Source of the DNA: Caldisphaera sp.
GTDB lineage: Archaea > Thermoproteota > Thermoprotei_A > Sulfolobales > Acidilobaceae
Direction: 5' to 3'
DNA: 31,168 bases
NCBI GenBank assembly: GCA_049971805.1
Contig: JBMFKU010000016.1
Span: forward strand, 1-31,168
The notes under the pieces were generated by a model, which saw only the letters and a list, made by a program, of their open reading frames with translations, made no database searches and had not been told where the DNA came from. Position numbers and translations under genes: made by a program. Below, in pieces: positions 9,085 to 18,432 of the stretch (the stretch's first letter is position 1; each line of letters starts with the position of its first letter).

Positions 9085-9153
9085 TGTATATAAAAGAAAA
9101 GTATTAGTAATTTAACCCCTCCTAATAATATAAAGATCTGAGGCGATAATAAT

Positions 9154-9729
9154 TTGGCTTTGACGGAGATAAGATGGCATGGTAGGGGGGGCCAAGGAGC
9201 AGTTACAGCAGGAGAAGTTCTTGCCTCAGCGGCTATAATTGAGGGTAAGTTCGCCCTTGCATTTCCAGAATTTGGTGCAGAAAGGAGGGGTGCACCTGTT
9301 AGAGCATATACAAGGATAACAGACAGCCCCATGATACCAAGAACCCCAATTGATAAGCCAGATGTAGTTGTTATTCTGGACAAAAGCCTTATAAAGCATG
9401 AGTATTTAGAAGGATTAAAGAAAAATGGTTATTTCATAGCAAACACTTCATTAAAGCCAGATGAACTAATCAAAAAACTAAACATGCCAAGAGATTATAA
9501 TATATCTACAGTAGATGCAACGAACATTGCATTAAAATGGTTAAAGGCTAACATAGTTAACACAGCCATTTTGGGAGCAGTAATTAAAACAACTGGCATA
9601 GTAAATGTTGAAACTGTAATAAATGTTATTAAAAATAGATTCCATGGAAAAATTGGGGAGGCAAATGGTGAAGCAGTAAAGGAGGCATATGATTCTACCT
9701 TAGTTATGAAATTGGAGGAGGCGAAATAG
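9154..9729 (+). CDS. porC: pyruvate/2-oxoacid:ferredoxin oxidoreductase gamma subunit
   Basis: EIRWHGRGGQGAVT, FPEFGAERRGAP. Confidence 0.93.
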   Translation: MALTEIRWHGRGGQGAVTAGEVLASAAIIEGKFALAFPEFGAERRGAPVRAYTRITDSPMIPRTPIDKPDVVVILDKSLIKHEYLEGLKKNGYFIANTSLKPDELIKKLNMPRDYNISTVDATNIALKWLKANIVNTAILGAVIKTTGIVNVETVINVIKNRFHGKIGEANGEAVKEAYDSTLVMKLEEAK

Positions 9730-9730
9730 A

Positions 9731-10054
9731 ATGAGCGAAAAGCTTTTATCTTATAAAGAAATGGCAATTGGAGGTATAATAACAAACCCTGGGAATAGCT
9801 TGGAATATAAAACTGGGGATTGGAAGGTATTAATACCAGTGATTAACCAAGAAACCTGCACAAGATGCAGGATTTGCTGGTACGTATGCCCTGATAATGC
9901 AATTTTGGAGCTAGATAAGGAATATACAACAAAGAAGAACAGAAAATATAAAGTAACATATGATGTTAACTCAGATTTTTGCAAGGGTTGTGGTATGTGC
10001 GCCCAAGAGTGCCCTGTTAAGGCAATAGAAATGGTACCTGTAGAGGTGGAGTGA
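9731..10054 (+). CDS. porD: pyruvate/2-oxoacid:ferredoxin oxidoreductase delta subunit
   Basis: KTGDW and two CxxCxxCxxxCP motifs. Confidence 0.93.
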   Translation: MSEKLLSYKEMAIGGIITNPGNSLEYKTGDWKVLIPVINQETCTRCRICWYVCPDNAILELDKEYTTKKNRKYKVTYDVNSDFCKGCGMCAQECPVKAIEMVPVEVE

Positions 10055-10055
10055 A

Positions 10056-11240
10056 ATGATAGCACAAACAGCTAAGAGGGCAATACCATTAAGCACAAAC
10101 CATGCTGTTGCTTATGCAGTTAAAGATTTAGATGTAGATGTTATCTCAGCATATCCAATAACTCCTCAAACAACAGTCGTTGAAAAAATATCTGAATTTA
10201 TAGCAAACGGGGAATTAAATGCAGAGTACATACATGTTGAAAGCGAGCACAGCGCATTGAGTGCAGCAGTTTCTGCATCATTAACTGGTGCAAGAGCATT
10301 TACTGCAACAGCCAGCCAAGGGCTTGCATTAATGCATGAAATACTCCATATAGCAACCGGCCTTAGAGCTCCTGTCGTTATGAGTGTAATAATGAGAGCT
10401 CTCAGTGCACCTATAAGCATTTGGAATGATCAGAGCGATATATTTAATGCAAGGGATTCAGGATGGATAATAATATTTGCTCACACAGCTCAGGAAGCTT
10501 ATGATTCTGTCATACAGGCATATAAAATTGCTGAAGACCAAAACGTTTTATTACCTGTAATGGTTGCATATGATGGCTATGTCATGAGCCATACAATAGA
10601 GCCTGTAATAACTGAAAGCAGAGAAAAAGTAACTTCATTTGCCCCAAAGAAACAATTCCCATTCAAACTAGACCCAGATAGACCTGTTACAATAGGTGCA
10701 ATCACCCCGCCTGAATATTATTATGAAGTAAAATACCAACAGGTAAAGGCTGTTGATGAATCCTTGCCAACAATAGAAAGAGTTGATGAAGATTTCGGTA
10801 AAGTCTTTGGGAGAAACTATGGTATAATGGAGTGCTATATGTGCGAAGATGCAGATTCATTAATTTTAACAAATGCAAGCTATGCATCGACGCTAAAGGC
10901 ATTTTTACCGGAGATAAGAAAACAAGGTGTAAAAGTGGGGCTTTTAAGGCTTAGGGTATATAGGCCATTCCCATTACAGAAGTTTATCGAATATATTGAA
11001 AACAAGAAAAGCCTCTTGGTTATAGATAGGGCAATAAGCTATGGTGCACCATACCAAGGACCTCTGGCTAATGAAATATCTGGTGCATTAATTAAGGAAG
11101 GTCTCAGCCTTAATTTAATAAGCGTTGTAGCAGGAATAGGGCAAAGAACTGTTGAGTTTGAGGACTTTTTAGCCTTATCAAGGATTGCCTATGAAGGAAA
11201 GAAGTATAAAGAAACAATATTTTATGGGGTGAGAGAATGA
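10056..11240 (+). CDS. porA: pyruvate/2-oxoacid:ferredoxin oxidoreductase alpha subunit
   Basis: AYPITPQT, ESEHSA, TATASQGL, RPFP. Confidence 0.95.
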   Translation: MIAQTAKRAIPLSTNHAVAYAVKDLDVDVISAYPITPQTTVVEKISEFIANGELNAEYIHVESEHSALSAAVSASLTGARAFTATASQGLALMHEILHIATGLRAPVVMSVIMRALSAPISIWNDQSDIFNARDSGWIIIFAHTAQEAYDSVIQAYKIAEDQNVLLPVMVAYDGYVMSHTIEPVITESREKVTSFAPKKQFPFKLDPDRPVTIGAITPPEYYYEVKYQQVKAVDESLPTIERVDEDFGKVFGRNYGIMECYMCEDADSLILTNASYASTLKAFLPEIRKQGVKVGLLRLRVYRPFPLQKFIEYIENKKSLLVIDRAISYGAPYQGPLANEISGALIKEGLSLNLISVVAGIGQRTVEFEDFLALSRIAYEGKKYKETIFYGVRE

Positions 11241-12202
11241 GCGAGACAAAAAAGGTTTTGAGGATAAAGAGCCTATATGATATACCAAGGGATGAATTAT
11301 TTATAAGCGGTCATGGGTTGTGCCCAGGTTGTACTGCTGGGACAATAATGAGAATGCTAACTAAAGTAGCGGGAAAGGATACAATAATAGTTAATGCAAC
11401 AGGTTGTGTTGAAGTATCTACAACAAGATATCCATATTCAAATTGGCTTGTTCCATGGCTTCACTCAGCATTTGAAAACACAGCTGCATCGGCAAGTGGT
11501 ATTGTTGCAGCAATAAAAGCAATGAAAAGCAAGGGAGTTATGGACAAAAACAGAGATATTAAAGTTATTGCAGTAGCAGGGGATGGAGGAACTGTAGATA
11601 TAGGGATACAAAGTCTTAGCGGTATGCTGGAAAGAAGAGACCCAGTTATGTATGTATTGTATGATAATGAGGCATACATGAACACAGGAATACAAAGAAG
11701 TGGATCAACACCTCATGGTGCATGGACAACAACTACTCCTGCAGGTAAGGTTTGGAGAGGGGAATGGAGAGATAAAAAAGACATTGCAGGTATCGCTGCC
11801 GCGCATCATATACCTTATGTTGCTACAGCAAATCCAGCATATCCAATGGATATGATAAATAAATTTGCAAGAGGCCTAGAAGTACTTAATGAGGGATCTT
11901 CTTTTATACAGGTTTTAATGGCATGCACAACAGGGTGGCGTTTTGATCCAGCCCTAGGCATAACAATTTCAAGGCTTGCAACCGAAACAGGTATATTTCC
12001 AATATATGAAATAGATCATGGTAATTTCAGGGTTACTTTTCCAATAGCAAAAAGAAAACCTGTTAAAGAATACCTAAAGTTACAGGGAAGGTTTGCACAT
12101 CTAAGAGATGATGAAATACAAGAAATACAGAAACTTGTTGACCAGAAAGTTGAGCAGATTAATAAAATGGCTGGTAAAACAGTTATAGGACCAGTTGCAT
12201 AA
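11237..12202 (+). CDS. porB: pyruvate/2-oxoacid:ferredoxin oxidoreductase beta subunit
   Basis: GHGLCPGC, TGC, TPP-binding GDGG...DNEAYMNTGIQRS; ATGA overlap with porA. Confidence 0.95.
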   Translation: MSETKKVLRIKSLYDIPRDELFISGHGLCPGCTAGTIMRMLTKVAGKDTIIVNATGCVEVSTTRYPYSNWLVPWLHSAFENTAASASGIVAAIKAMKSKGVMDKNRDIKVIAVAGDGGTVDIGIQSLSGMLERRDPVMYVLYDNEAYMNTGIQRSGSTPHGAWTTTTPAGKVWRGEWRDKKDIAGIAAAHHIPYVATANPAYPMDMINKFARGLEVLNEGSSFIQVLMACTTGWRFDPALGITISRLATETGIFPIYEIDHGNFRVTFPIAKRKPVKEYLKLQGRFAHLRDDEIQEIQKLVDQKVEQINKMAGKTVIGPVA

Positions 12203-12217
12203 TTAATTTACAATCTT

Positions 12218-13168
12218 TTATTCTTCATCTTCATACTTAGAGTTTTCTTTATCACTTTTTCTACAAAGATTTTTCAACAAAATTCTAGATGCAGTATCAA
12301 AGCCCCTGGGCTTGCTGCTAGAAGTATCTACCTCAACAATTATTGGTAAATCTAAATCCTCATACGTTCTAATTCTGTCTTTCACAACCCCTACTTCAGG
12401 CTCAGCCGTTATAGTTGGCATAAATGCTATGTAACCGCTGTTGTTTACCCCTTCTACTGCACCTCCAATCAAAATTATTGGTAAATCTGTTTCTTTACTT
12501 CTCACAGCTAAAAAATTGTTGATTGTTTCTTCCTCTAGAGTTAATAAAGCCAGTTCAGTATCATTCTTCATTTTAAAGAACTGAGAATCATATGGTAGCA
12601 TTGTTCCAATTATTGCATTTGCCCCCATATAGCTTAAAGCCCTAAATATTTCTGGATATCCTAGGTCTTCATCTATAAATATTCCAATATATGCAGACTT
12701 CTTCTTTATTTCAAATACTACAACGCTTTTTCCAGGAGTTAATCCACTTTCCTCCTCTGATTTAGTAATAGCAATTTTTCTATATTTTCCTGAAAGCTCA
12801 CCTTGAGGATTTGTCGAAAATGTAGTTAAATATAGCCTTGGACCAGCTCTTTCTACTATAGGTCCTGCAATTGTATATATACCAAATTCATGAGACCATT
12901 TGGATAAAGCCATAAATGTTTGGTTTTGTTGCAGTTCAGATTCATTTAACCTCTCAGAAAAATTTTTCAACATCATTTTAATTTTTTGGTTTGGATAATA
13001 ACCCACAACGGGACCTGTTAATGGATATGCTGGCAAATAGATTAGATCTACATCATGCTCTATAATTGTTCTGTTTATTAATTCCTCAAGCCTTCTTAAG
13101 TTTGTTCTCCTTGCACCCAATTTTATTCTTGTATGTATTATAGCAATTTTTAGTGTCATTTTATCCAC
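12218..13168 (-). CDS. carbon-nitrogen hydrolase (nitrilase-fold) protein with degenerate catalytic triad
   Basis: DLIYLPAYPLTG, GKYRK and GIFIDEDLGYPE align with the family motifs FPE, YRK and ICYD; GTG start behind an AGGTG/GGTG-like context. Confidence 0.8.
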   Translation of the reverse strand: MDKMTLKIAIIHTRIKLGARRTNLRRLEELINRTIIEHDVDLIYLPAYPLTGPVVGYYPNQKIKMMLKNFSERLNESELQQNQTFMALSKWSHEFGIYTIAGPIVERAGPRLYLTTFSTNPQGELSGKYRKIAITKSEEESGLTPGKSVVVFEIKKKSAYIGIFIDEDLGYPEIFRALSYMGANAIIGTMLPYDSQFFKMKNDTELALLTLEEETINNFLAVRSKETDLPIILIGGAVEGVNNSGYIAFMPTITAEPEVGVVKDRIRTYEDLDLPIIVEVDTSSSKPRGFDTASRILLKNLCRKSDKENSKYEDEE

Positions 13169-13328
13169 CTTTCTAAAACATAGACCAGCAATCCCCTTTA
13201 TAATTATTTAGCTAGAGAGATATTTAAGCAGGTAGATTTATTTTTAAAAATTATAACTAAAAATTTTTAACAAAAATAAAAGATAAAAAGCAATTAAATA
13301 ATATAACTAATATACCAAATTACTTAAC

Positions 13329-13382
13329 TTATTTCTTTTCTGCAGCACCTTCTTCTTTCTTAGCTTTCTTTCCTTTTGCCAT
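13329..13382 (-). CDS. putative 17-aa basic micropeptide MAKGKKAKKEEGAAEKK
   Basis: ATG...TAA ORF below the ORF-track cutoff. AGGTGA RBS 7 nt upstream, TATA-like element further upstream, T-rich tract downstream on the coding strand. Confidence 0.6.
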   Translation of the reverse strand: MAKGKKAKKEEGAAEKK

Positions 13383-13532
13383 TTCTAATTCACCTGGGCC
13401 TTACGGCCTGGGTTTATTAAGGTTGAATTAATATACTTAAGAATTTATAGCACTAGGGAAGTAGAGAATTCAGGTAATATCTATGGGAGCTTTAAACTCA
13501 CATACTAAAGAAACTTGGAAAAATTGAGAGTT

Positions 13533-15479
13533 TTATATGGAAATTATTTTATTATTAAATAATAATTTCCATACCATTTCAATTTCTGATCTCTTTAGAT
13601 AATCAATATAATAATTTTTATCATATTTTCCATCAAAAAACTCTACTGGTATTGGATTTCCCTTATCATCTATTATATAGCTTATATAATCATCTATTCC
13701 AAAAAAGGAGCTTGCCTTTATCTGCTGTGTATTTCTTTTGCTTAATTTTCCAATCCTCTTATTTATAATCAAAAGCCTTGGATCTATTTTTTCATTCTTA
13801 ACCATTTCTATTGCTTCATAATATTTATTTTTAGCATTTTTTAACAAATTTTTTAATTCTTCACTATTTTTAGCATTTTTTAGTTCATTTAATGAATTTA
13901 ATTCTGCCTCTTTAACCAGCTCCGGTACATTACTTCTAACAGCATTTATCCCTTTTATCTTAAAAGTTAGATCCTTCTTTAACCCATAGTACTTGCCTGC
14001 AGCACCAATACCTTTATTGGTGTATGGAAATACAACCCAATAAAAATTATCTTCAACCCTTAATTTAATTCCAACCTCTTTTGTTATTTCATTAGCTAGT
14101 TCATCAACCCCTAATTTAGGCTTAACAGGGATAACAAATATGCTATCTATGATGGAATTTATTACCCTATAACCATTTCGCATAGAAATCTCATATGCTT
14201 TTTTCATTATTTCTCTCGCAACAGATGTAACTACTTCATACGCGGATATGCTTCCAAATAAACTGTTTCTATAGCCAAGATAACCAAAGCCAGACACCAA
14301 AATCCATTTTATTGCATCAAATCTTTCCTTAATTATCTTATTTTCTTTAAATTTCCTAAGCATCTCCCTCCTTTCAATCAATTTTTTTAAAACGCTTGAT
14401 ACCAAGCCTTCCTTGTCTAGACAAACTTTATGGCCTATAGCTTCTTTCCTATATTTATTACAATAGATATTATTAACTGTTTCACCAGATAAGTTATGCA
14501 AAACAATTATATTTGGATAAAGGCTTGAAAAATCCAATTGATATACATTAAAATATACTCCTGGATTTGGTACAGAAATAACACCAGCTTTATCTGATAT
14601 TGAGAACTCATTTAAATTCCTCCACAGCTCAAACCTCTTAACCTTCTTTATAACATATTTCCTTCTTATTGCCTCCAATACCTCCGTTGCGGTTAATATT
14701 TTTCCTATTGAAGCATTTGATGATTGCCTTAATGTTAAATGAGAAATCCTGGACCACTCTATCAAACCATAAAGTCCTATTTTAAGATTATTCCCAATAA
14801 CTATTACCCTTTCCTTTATTTCTCCGCTTAACTTAAATCCTATTTCATTGATTGAACTTCTATCAGAAACTATTATACCTATGTTTTTATTTTCTTTTAT
14901 TATATCAATAATGTCATCCAAATTATTTTTCCTTAAGGTCTCTTCCCTTTCCCCTTTTATATTTATTACATAATAAGATCTATCATAAAAGCTTGCTGGT
15001 TTACCAAACCTATTAAAGCTGCTTATTGATATAAATTCTATTTTAGGTAAATCATAAAGTGGATCGTCTAAACTATCATCTAATTTAAATTTTCCATTAT
15101 AATCAACATTATATCCAGGAAATGCATTGATTTCGTTTAACAAATAATTTATTTTATCTGGATAGGTATTTACTAATTCACCCATATTGTAAGATTTTAA
15201 TTTTTTAACAAAACCTAAAAATCTTTTCTCATCAAAATACCTTACCTTTATTATTTCTTTTTCCCTTTCATAATATGGTGGTGCATACCACTTCTCTACC
15301 TCAAAATCTTTTATAAAATCTAAATTAGATAGAAATTTTATCAAACTCAACTCATTAACTTCTATATAGCTAATTAAAGGTATTTTATCTATTTTTATTT
15401 CTTCTAAACCACTATTGGTTAAAACCTTTATAAACAAATTATTTTCTATATAATTAGCATCTAAGACCAATCCTTTCAA
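13533..15479 (-). CDS. polB2: family B DNA polymerase, PolB2 (Dpo2) group
   Basis: Motif A DFSSLYPNII is intact; motif B reads KWILVSGFGYLG; motif C YGDTDS is changed to SIIDS; exonuclease motifs are not recognisable. Operon context is typical of PolB2. Confidence 0.9.
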   Translation of the reverse strand: MKGLVLDANYIENNLFIKVLTNSGLEEIKIDKIPLISYIEVNELSLIKFLSNLDFIKDFEVEKWYAPPYYEREKEIIKVRYFDEKRFLGFVKKLKSYNMGELVNTYPDKINYLLNEINAFPGYNVDYNGKFKLDDSLDDPLYDLPKIEFISISSFNRFGKPASFYDRSYYVINIKGEREETLRKNNLDDIIDIIKENKNIGIIVSDRSSINEIGFKLSGEIKERVIVIGNNLKIGLYGLIEWSRISHLTLRQSSNASIGKILTATEVLEAIRRKYVIKKVKRFELWRNLNEFSISDKAGVISVPNPGVYFNVYQLDFSSLYPNIIVLHNLSGETVNNIYCNKYRKEAIGHKVCLDKEGLVSSVLKKLIERREMLRKFKENKIIKERFDAIKWILVSGFGYLGYRNSLFGSISAYEVVTSVAREIMKKAYEISMRNGYRVINSIIDSIFVIPVKPKLGVDELANEITKEVGIKLRVEDNFYWVVFPYTNKGIGAAGKYYGLKKDLTFKIKGINAVRSNVPELVKEAELNSLNELKNAKNSEELKNLLKNAKNKYYEAIEMVKNEKIDPRLLIINKRIGKLSKRNTQQIKASSFFGIDDYISYIIDDKGNPIPVEFFDGKYDKNYYIDYLKRSEIEMVWKLLFNNKIISI

Positions 15480-15480
15480 T

Positions 15481-15714
15481 TTATTTCTCCTTATGCCTTA
15501 GATTTTTTACCAAATAAAGTAATATACCTAAAACAATTACCTCTAGAGGATCGTAAATGCCATAAAATTGATAAGATGATATAAAACCATACGATTCCTT
15601 TAATATGTCTTTGATTTCATCCTTATCTTCATAGTCTATATAATCTATTATATCTAATATCCTTTCTATTTCTTTTTCTAAAACCATTCTTGTAGAAGGT
15701 GTTGTCCTACCCAT
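15481..15714 (-). CDS. small helical PolB2-associated protein (arCOG07300-like)
   Basis: MGRTTPSTR N-terminus, position directly upstream of polB2, GGGTGA RBS. Confidence 0.8.
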   Translation of the reverse strand: MGRTTPSTRMVLEKEIERILDIIDYIDYEDKDEIKDILKESYGFISSYQFYGIYDPLEVIVLGILLYLVKNLRHKEK

Positions 15715-16331
15715 AATCTTTCATCACCCAACTCCTTTATTGATATAAATGAGGCTATAGGGGTTCTCTTAGCATAGTGCTTAATTAAAACTGCCTGAAA
15801 TCCATTTCTATATGGATTTATTTTTATTATTGCATGCAATTCATGATGATGGAATTTTCCCCCTTCTGGTAAATACCTACCTAAAGAAGTCTCCCTATTA
15901 AAAATAGAAACCGTTATACCATATGATAAGAGCTCTTTCAAAGAACCAGTTATCGGAGTTAAAATACTATAATTTAAATAGCTTTGAGGGGAAAAAAGAT
16001 AAGGATCTATTATAACTAAACTTTTAATTCCTATATGCTTAACTGAGTTTATTAAATCCGCTATTTCATCTCTTCTAAAAGCCCTTGAAATGTATATATC
16101 ATCAAAATTACCTCCTATCATATCTGCATGCTTATGAATAAGATAAGGGTCTAGGTAACCAAAATCCTGTATATAAATTACTCCAACCCTACCATATTTT
16201 GAAAGGGATGCTATTGTTTTATGTGCGATAGACAAAACAGCCCTCCATGTGCCATATATTTCAAATGATTTCCCTTCATCTATTGGATCTAAAAGCCTAT
16301 CCAATGGAATTATATTAGTTGGTTTTTCCAT
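15678..16331 (-). CDS. inactivated RadA/RecA-like protein of the PolB2 operon
   Basis: LDRLL..G..FEIYG with no Walker A lysine; LDPY, ISRAF and Walker-B-like LVIID. Start placed at ATG 16331, about 25 nt from a TTTAAA box (leaderless). Confidence 0.75.
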   Translation of the reverse strand: MEKPTNIIPLDRLLDPIDEGKSFEIYGTWRAVLSIAHKTIASLSKYGRVGVIYIQDFGYLDPYLIHKHADMIGGNFDDIYISRAFRRDEIADLINSVKHIGIKSLVIIDPYLFSPQSYLNYSILTPITGSLKELLSYGITVSIFNRETSLGRYLPEGGKFHHHELHAIIKINPYRNGFQAVLIKHYAKRTPIASFISIKELGDERLWVGQHLLQEWF

Positions 16332-16497
16332 CCTTTTAGCAAAATGAATAGCTTTAAAGTTTTTATTGCATTTCATTTTAATCAAATTATTCTCTATACT
16401 ATAAACCATTTTTGCCCCCAGTTGCTAATTAATAAAAAGATAATCTTAACCAAGATATTATAAATTATAGCATAAGAGAGAGCAAAACGAAACTATT

Positions 16498-17502
16498 TTA
16501 AGAAAAACCAGGTTTCCTAGCATTTAAAACTTCCTTATTAACTAAGGTTGGCGGTACTTGCCCCCTATAAAATGAATTTAGGTTTTCATAAACAAGTTCA
16601 GCCATCCTGGCCCTTGTTTCATGTGTTGCACTACCTATATGGGGCGTTAAAACAATGTTGTATAGAGTAACTATTGGATTCTTAGGATCCAATGGTTCTG
16701 ATGGATAGACATCTAGGCCTGCTCCTGCAATCCATCCTTCTTTTAATGCCTTATATAATGCATTTATATCTATTACCTTCCCCCTAGAAGTGTTTATCAA
16801 AATCGCTGTTTTTTTCATCAACCTTAATAACCTCTCATTAACTAAATTCTGTGTCTCATTAGTTAATGGAACATGCAAAGAAACTATATCGCTTTTCATA
16901 AATAGAGTTTCTATATCAACAAATTCTCCCCCTAGCTCTTCTATTTCCTTATGTCTGTTCCTGCTATTATATAGAATTTTCATGTCAAAGCCCTTAGACC
17001 TTTTTGCAACAGCATAGCCTATCCTACCACCCCCAACTATACCTATAGTTTTCCCATAAACATCATAGCCCAACATTAAGGTTGGATGCCATGCAGAACC
17101 AAGCTCATACCATTTTCCATCTCTAACAAATTTATCTGATTCAGGAATTTTTCTTGCAACTGCCATTATTAATGCCCATGTTAAGTCTGCAGTAGCATCG
17201 GTTAAAACTCCTGGAGTATTTGTTACATATACTCCATGCTTTGTTGCACAATCTAAATCAACATTATCATAACCCACAGCATATTGAGCAATTATTTTCA
17301 ATTCTGGCATTAATTGTTCAATGATATCACAAGTTATCCTATCTTCCAATGTAGTTACAAGAGCATCATAACCCTTTGCATTTTTTATTATATCTTCCTT
17401 TTTTGGCGGGGCATATTTTTGCCATATAGATACATAAAATAGTTGCTTCATCTTATCAACAGCAGGAAAAGGGATCTCTCTTGTCATAAACACTCTGGGC
17501 AT
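16498..17502 (-). CDS. gyaR: glyoxylate reductase / D-2-hydroxyacid dehydrogenase
   Basis: AVGYDNVD, TNTPGVLTDATAD, GGGRIG, INTSRG, GLDVYPSEP, PHIGSAT. Start at ATG 17502 behind GGGTGG. Confidence 0.9.
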   Translation of the reverse strand: MPRVFMTREIPFPAVDKMKQLFYVSIWQKYAPPKKEDIIKNAKGYDALVTTLEDRITCDIIEQLMPELKIIAQYAVGYDNVDLDCATKHGVYVTNTPGVLTDATADLTWALIMAVARKIPESDKFVRDGKWYELGSAWHPTLMLGYDVYGKTIGIVGGGRIGYAVAKRSKGFDMKILYNSRNRHKEIEELGGEFVDIETLFMKSDIVSLHVPLTNETQNLVNERLLRLMKKTAILINTSRGKVIDINALYKALKEGWIAGAGLDVYPSEPLDPKNPIVTLYNIVLTPHIGSATHETRARMAELVYENLNSFYRGQVPPTLVNKEVLNARKPGFS

Positions 17503-17572
17503 TTTAACCACCCATATAAAATTGCAGAATAAGAATATAAAACCCTTCAACTTAATTCTTAAATGGTGAATC

Positions 17573-18421
17573 ATGAAAAAATTTGCCATTGCATTAATAA
17601 TATTAATTATTATATTTGCTGTTCAAGTAACAAGCATAGGATTTAGCAATAGCTATGTTGAGAATAACATTTATGTAGACGATGCAGGGGACATAATATC
17701 TATTACGATTATTAACGTTACATCAGCTCCTTCAATAATATCAATTCCTACATCTTCTCAGCCAAATGCATACTTTGCTTATTATGTTAGCAATAACCAA
17801 GAAATGCCTATAGAATATAATGGAACATATCTTAATGTTTTGGCAAACAATACTGGTTTACTCAACATAACATATCTATCATTAACTGCAACAAGTAAAA
17901 ATGGAAGCCTTTGGACCTTGAATTTAATTGAAAACTGCAATTCTAAGATTTATCTTCCTCAGAACTCCATAACTATTTATGTAAATCCATCTCCCATTTC
18001 TGTCTATTACTATTCAAATACACCTGTGTTATTAATGCCTCAAGGCAAAATAATTATACAATATGTAATCTCGACTCAATTAACAGCACCAACCAAAAAG
18101 AGCTATTATAATTATACTATTTATTATGTTGTAATTATAGCAGCAATAATTTTATTATCTATTTTTATTATAATAAAAAAAATAAGAAATAAAAAAAATA
18201 AGATAGAAAGAGGTGAAGAATATTATTTAGATGAAAGAGACAGAACAATTATTAATGCGATAAAAAAGCTTGGAGGCACTGCAACAGCAAATCAAATAAT
18301 AAATGAAACAGGCATACCAAAGACGCCCTTGTACAGAAGGCTTTCAAAATTGGTTCAATATGGCTATATAGAAGAAATAATAACAGGAAAAACTAAAGCA
18401 TATAAAATTAAAGAAAAGTAA
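17573..18421 (+). CDS. membrane-anchored protein with extracellular domain and cytoplasmic winged HTH (COG2512-like)
   Basis: Signal peptide, beta-rich domain with NxS/T sequons, one TM helix followed by KKIRNKKNK, then wHTH ATANQIINETGIPKTPLYRRLSKLVQYGYIE. Confidence 0.82.
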   Translation: MKKFAIALIILIIIFAVQVTSIGFSNSYVENNIYVDDAGDIISITIINVTSAPSIISIPTSSQPNAYFAYYVSNNQEMPIEYNGTYLNVLANNTGLLNITYLSLTATSKNGSLWTLNLIENCNSKIYLPQNSITIYVNPSPISVYYYSNTPVLLMPQGKIIIQYVISTQLTAPTKKSYYNYTIYYVVIIAAIILLSIFIIIKKIRNKKNKIERGEEYYLDERDRTIINAIKKLGGTATANQIINETGIPKTPLYRRLSKLVQYGYIEEIITGKTKAYKIKEK

Positions 18422-18432
18422 CTTAAATCGAA

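Noticed and set aside
13482-13504. Imperfect palindrome TATGGGAGCTTTAAACTCACATA upstream of the micro-ORF
   Set aside because: Several mismatches; not distinguishable from chance without comparative data.
16332-16497. Sulfolobus-type ANTTTC damage-response element upstream of the PolB2 operon
   Set aside because: Only CATTTC on the opposite strand was seen; no proper match.
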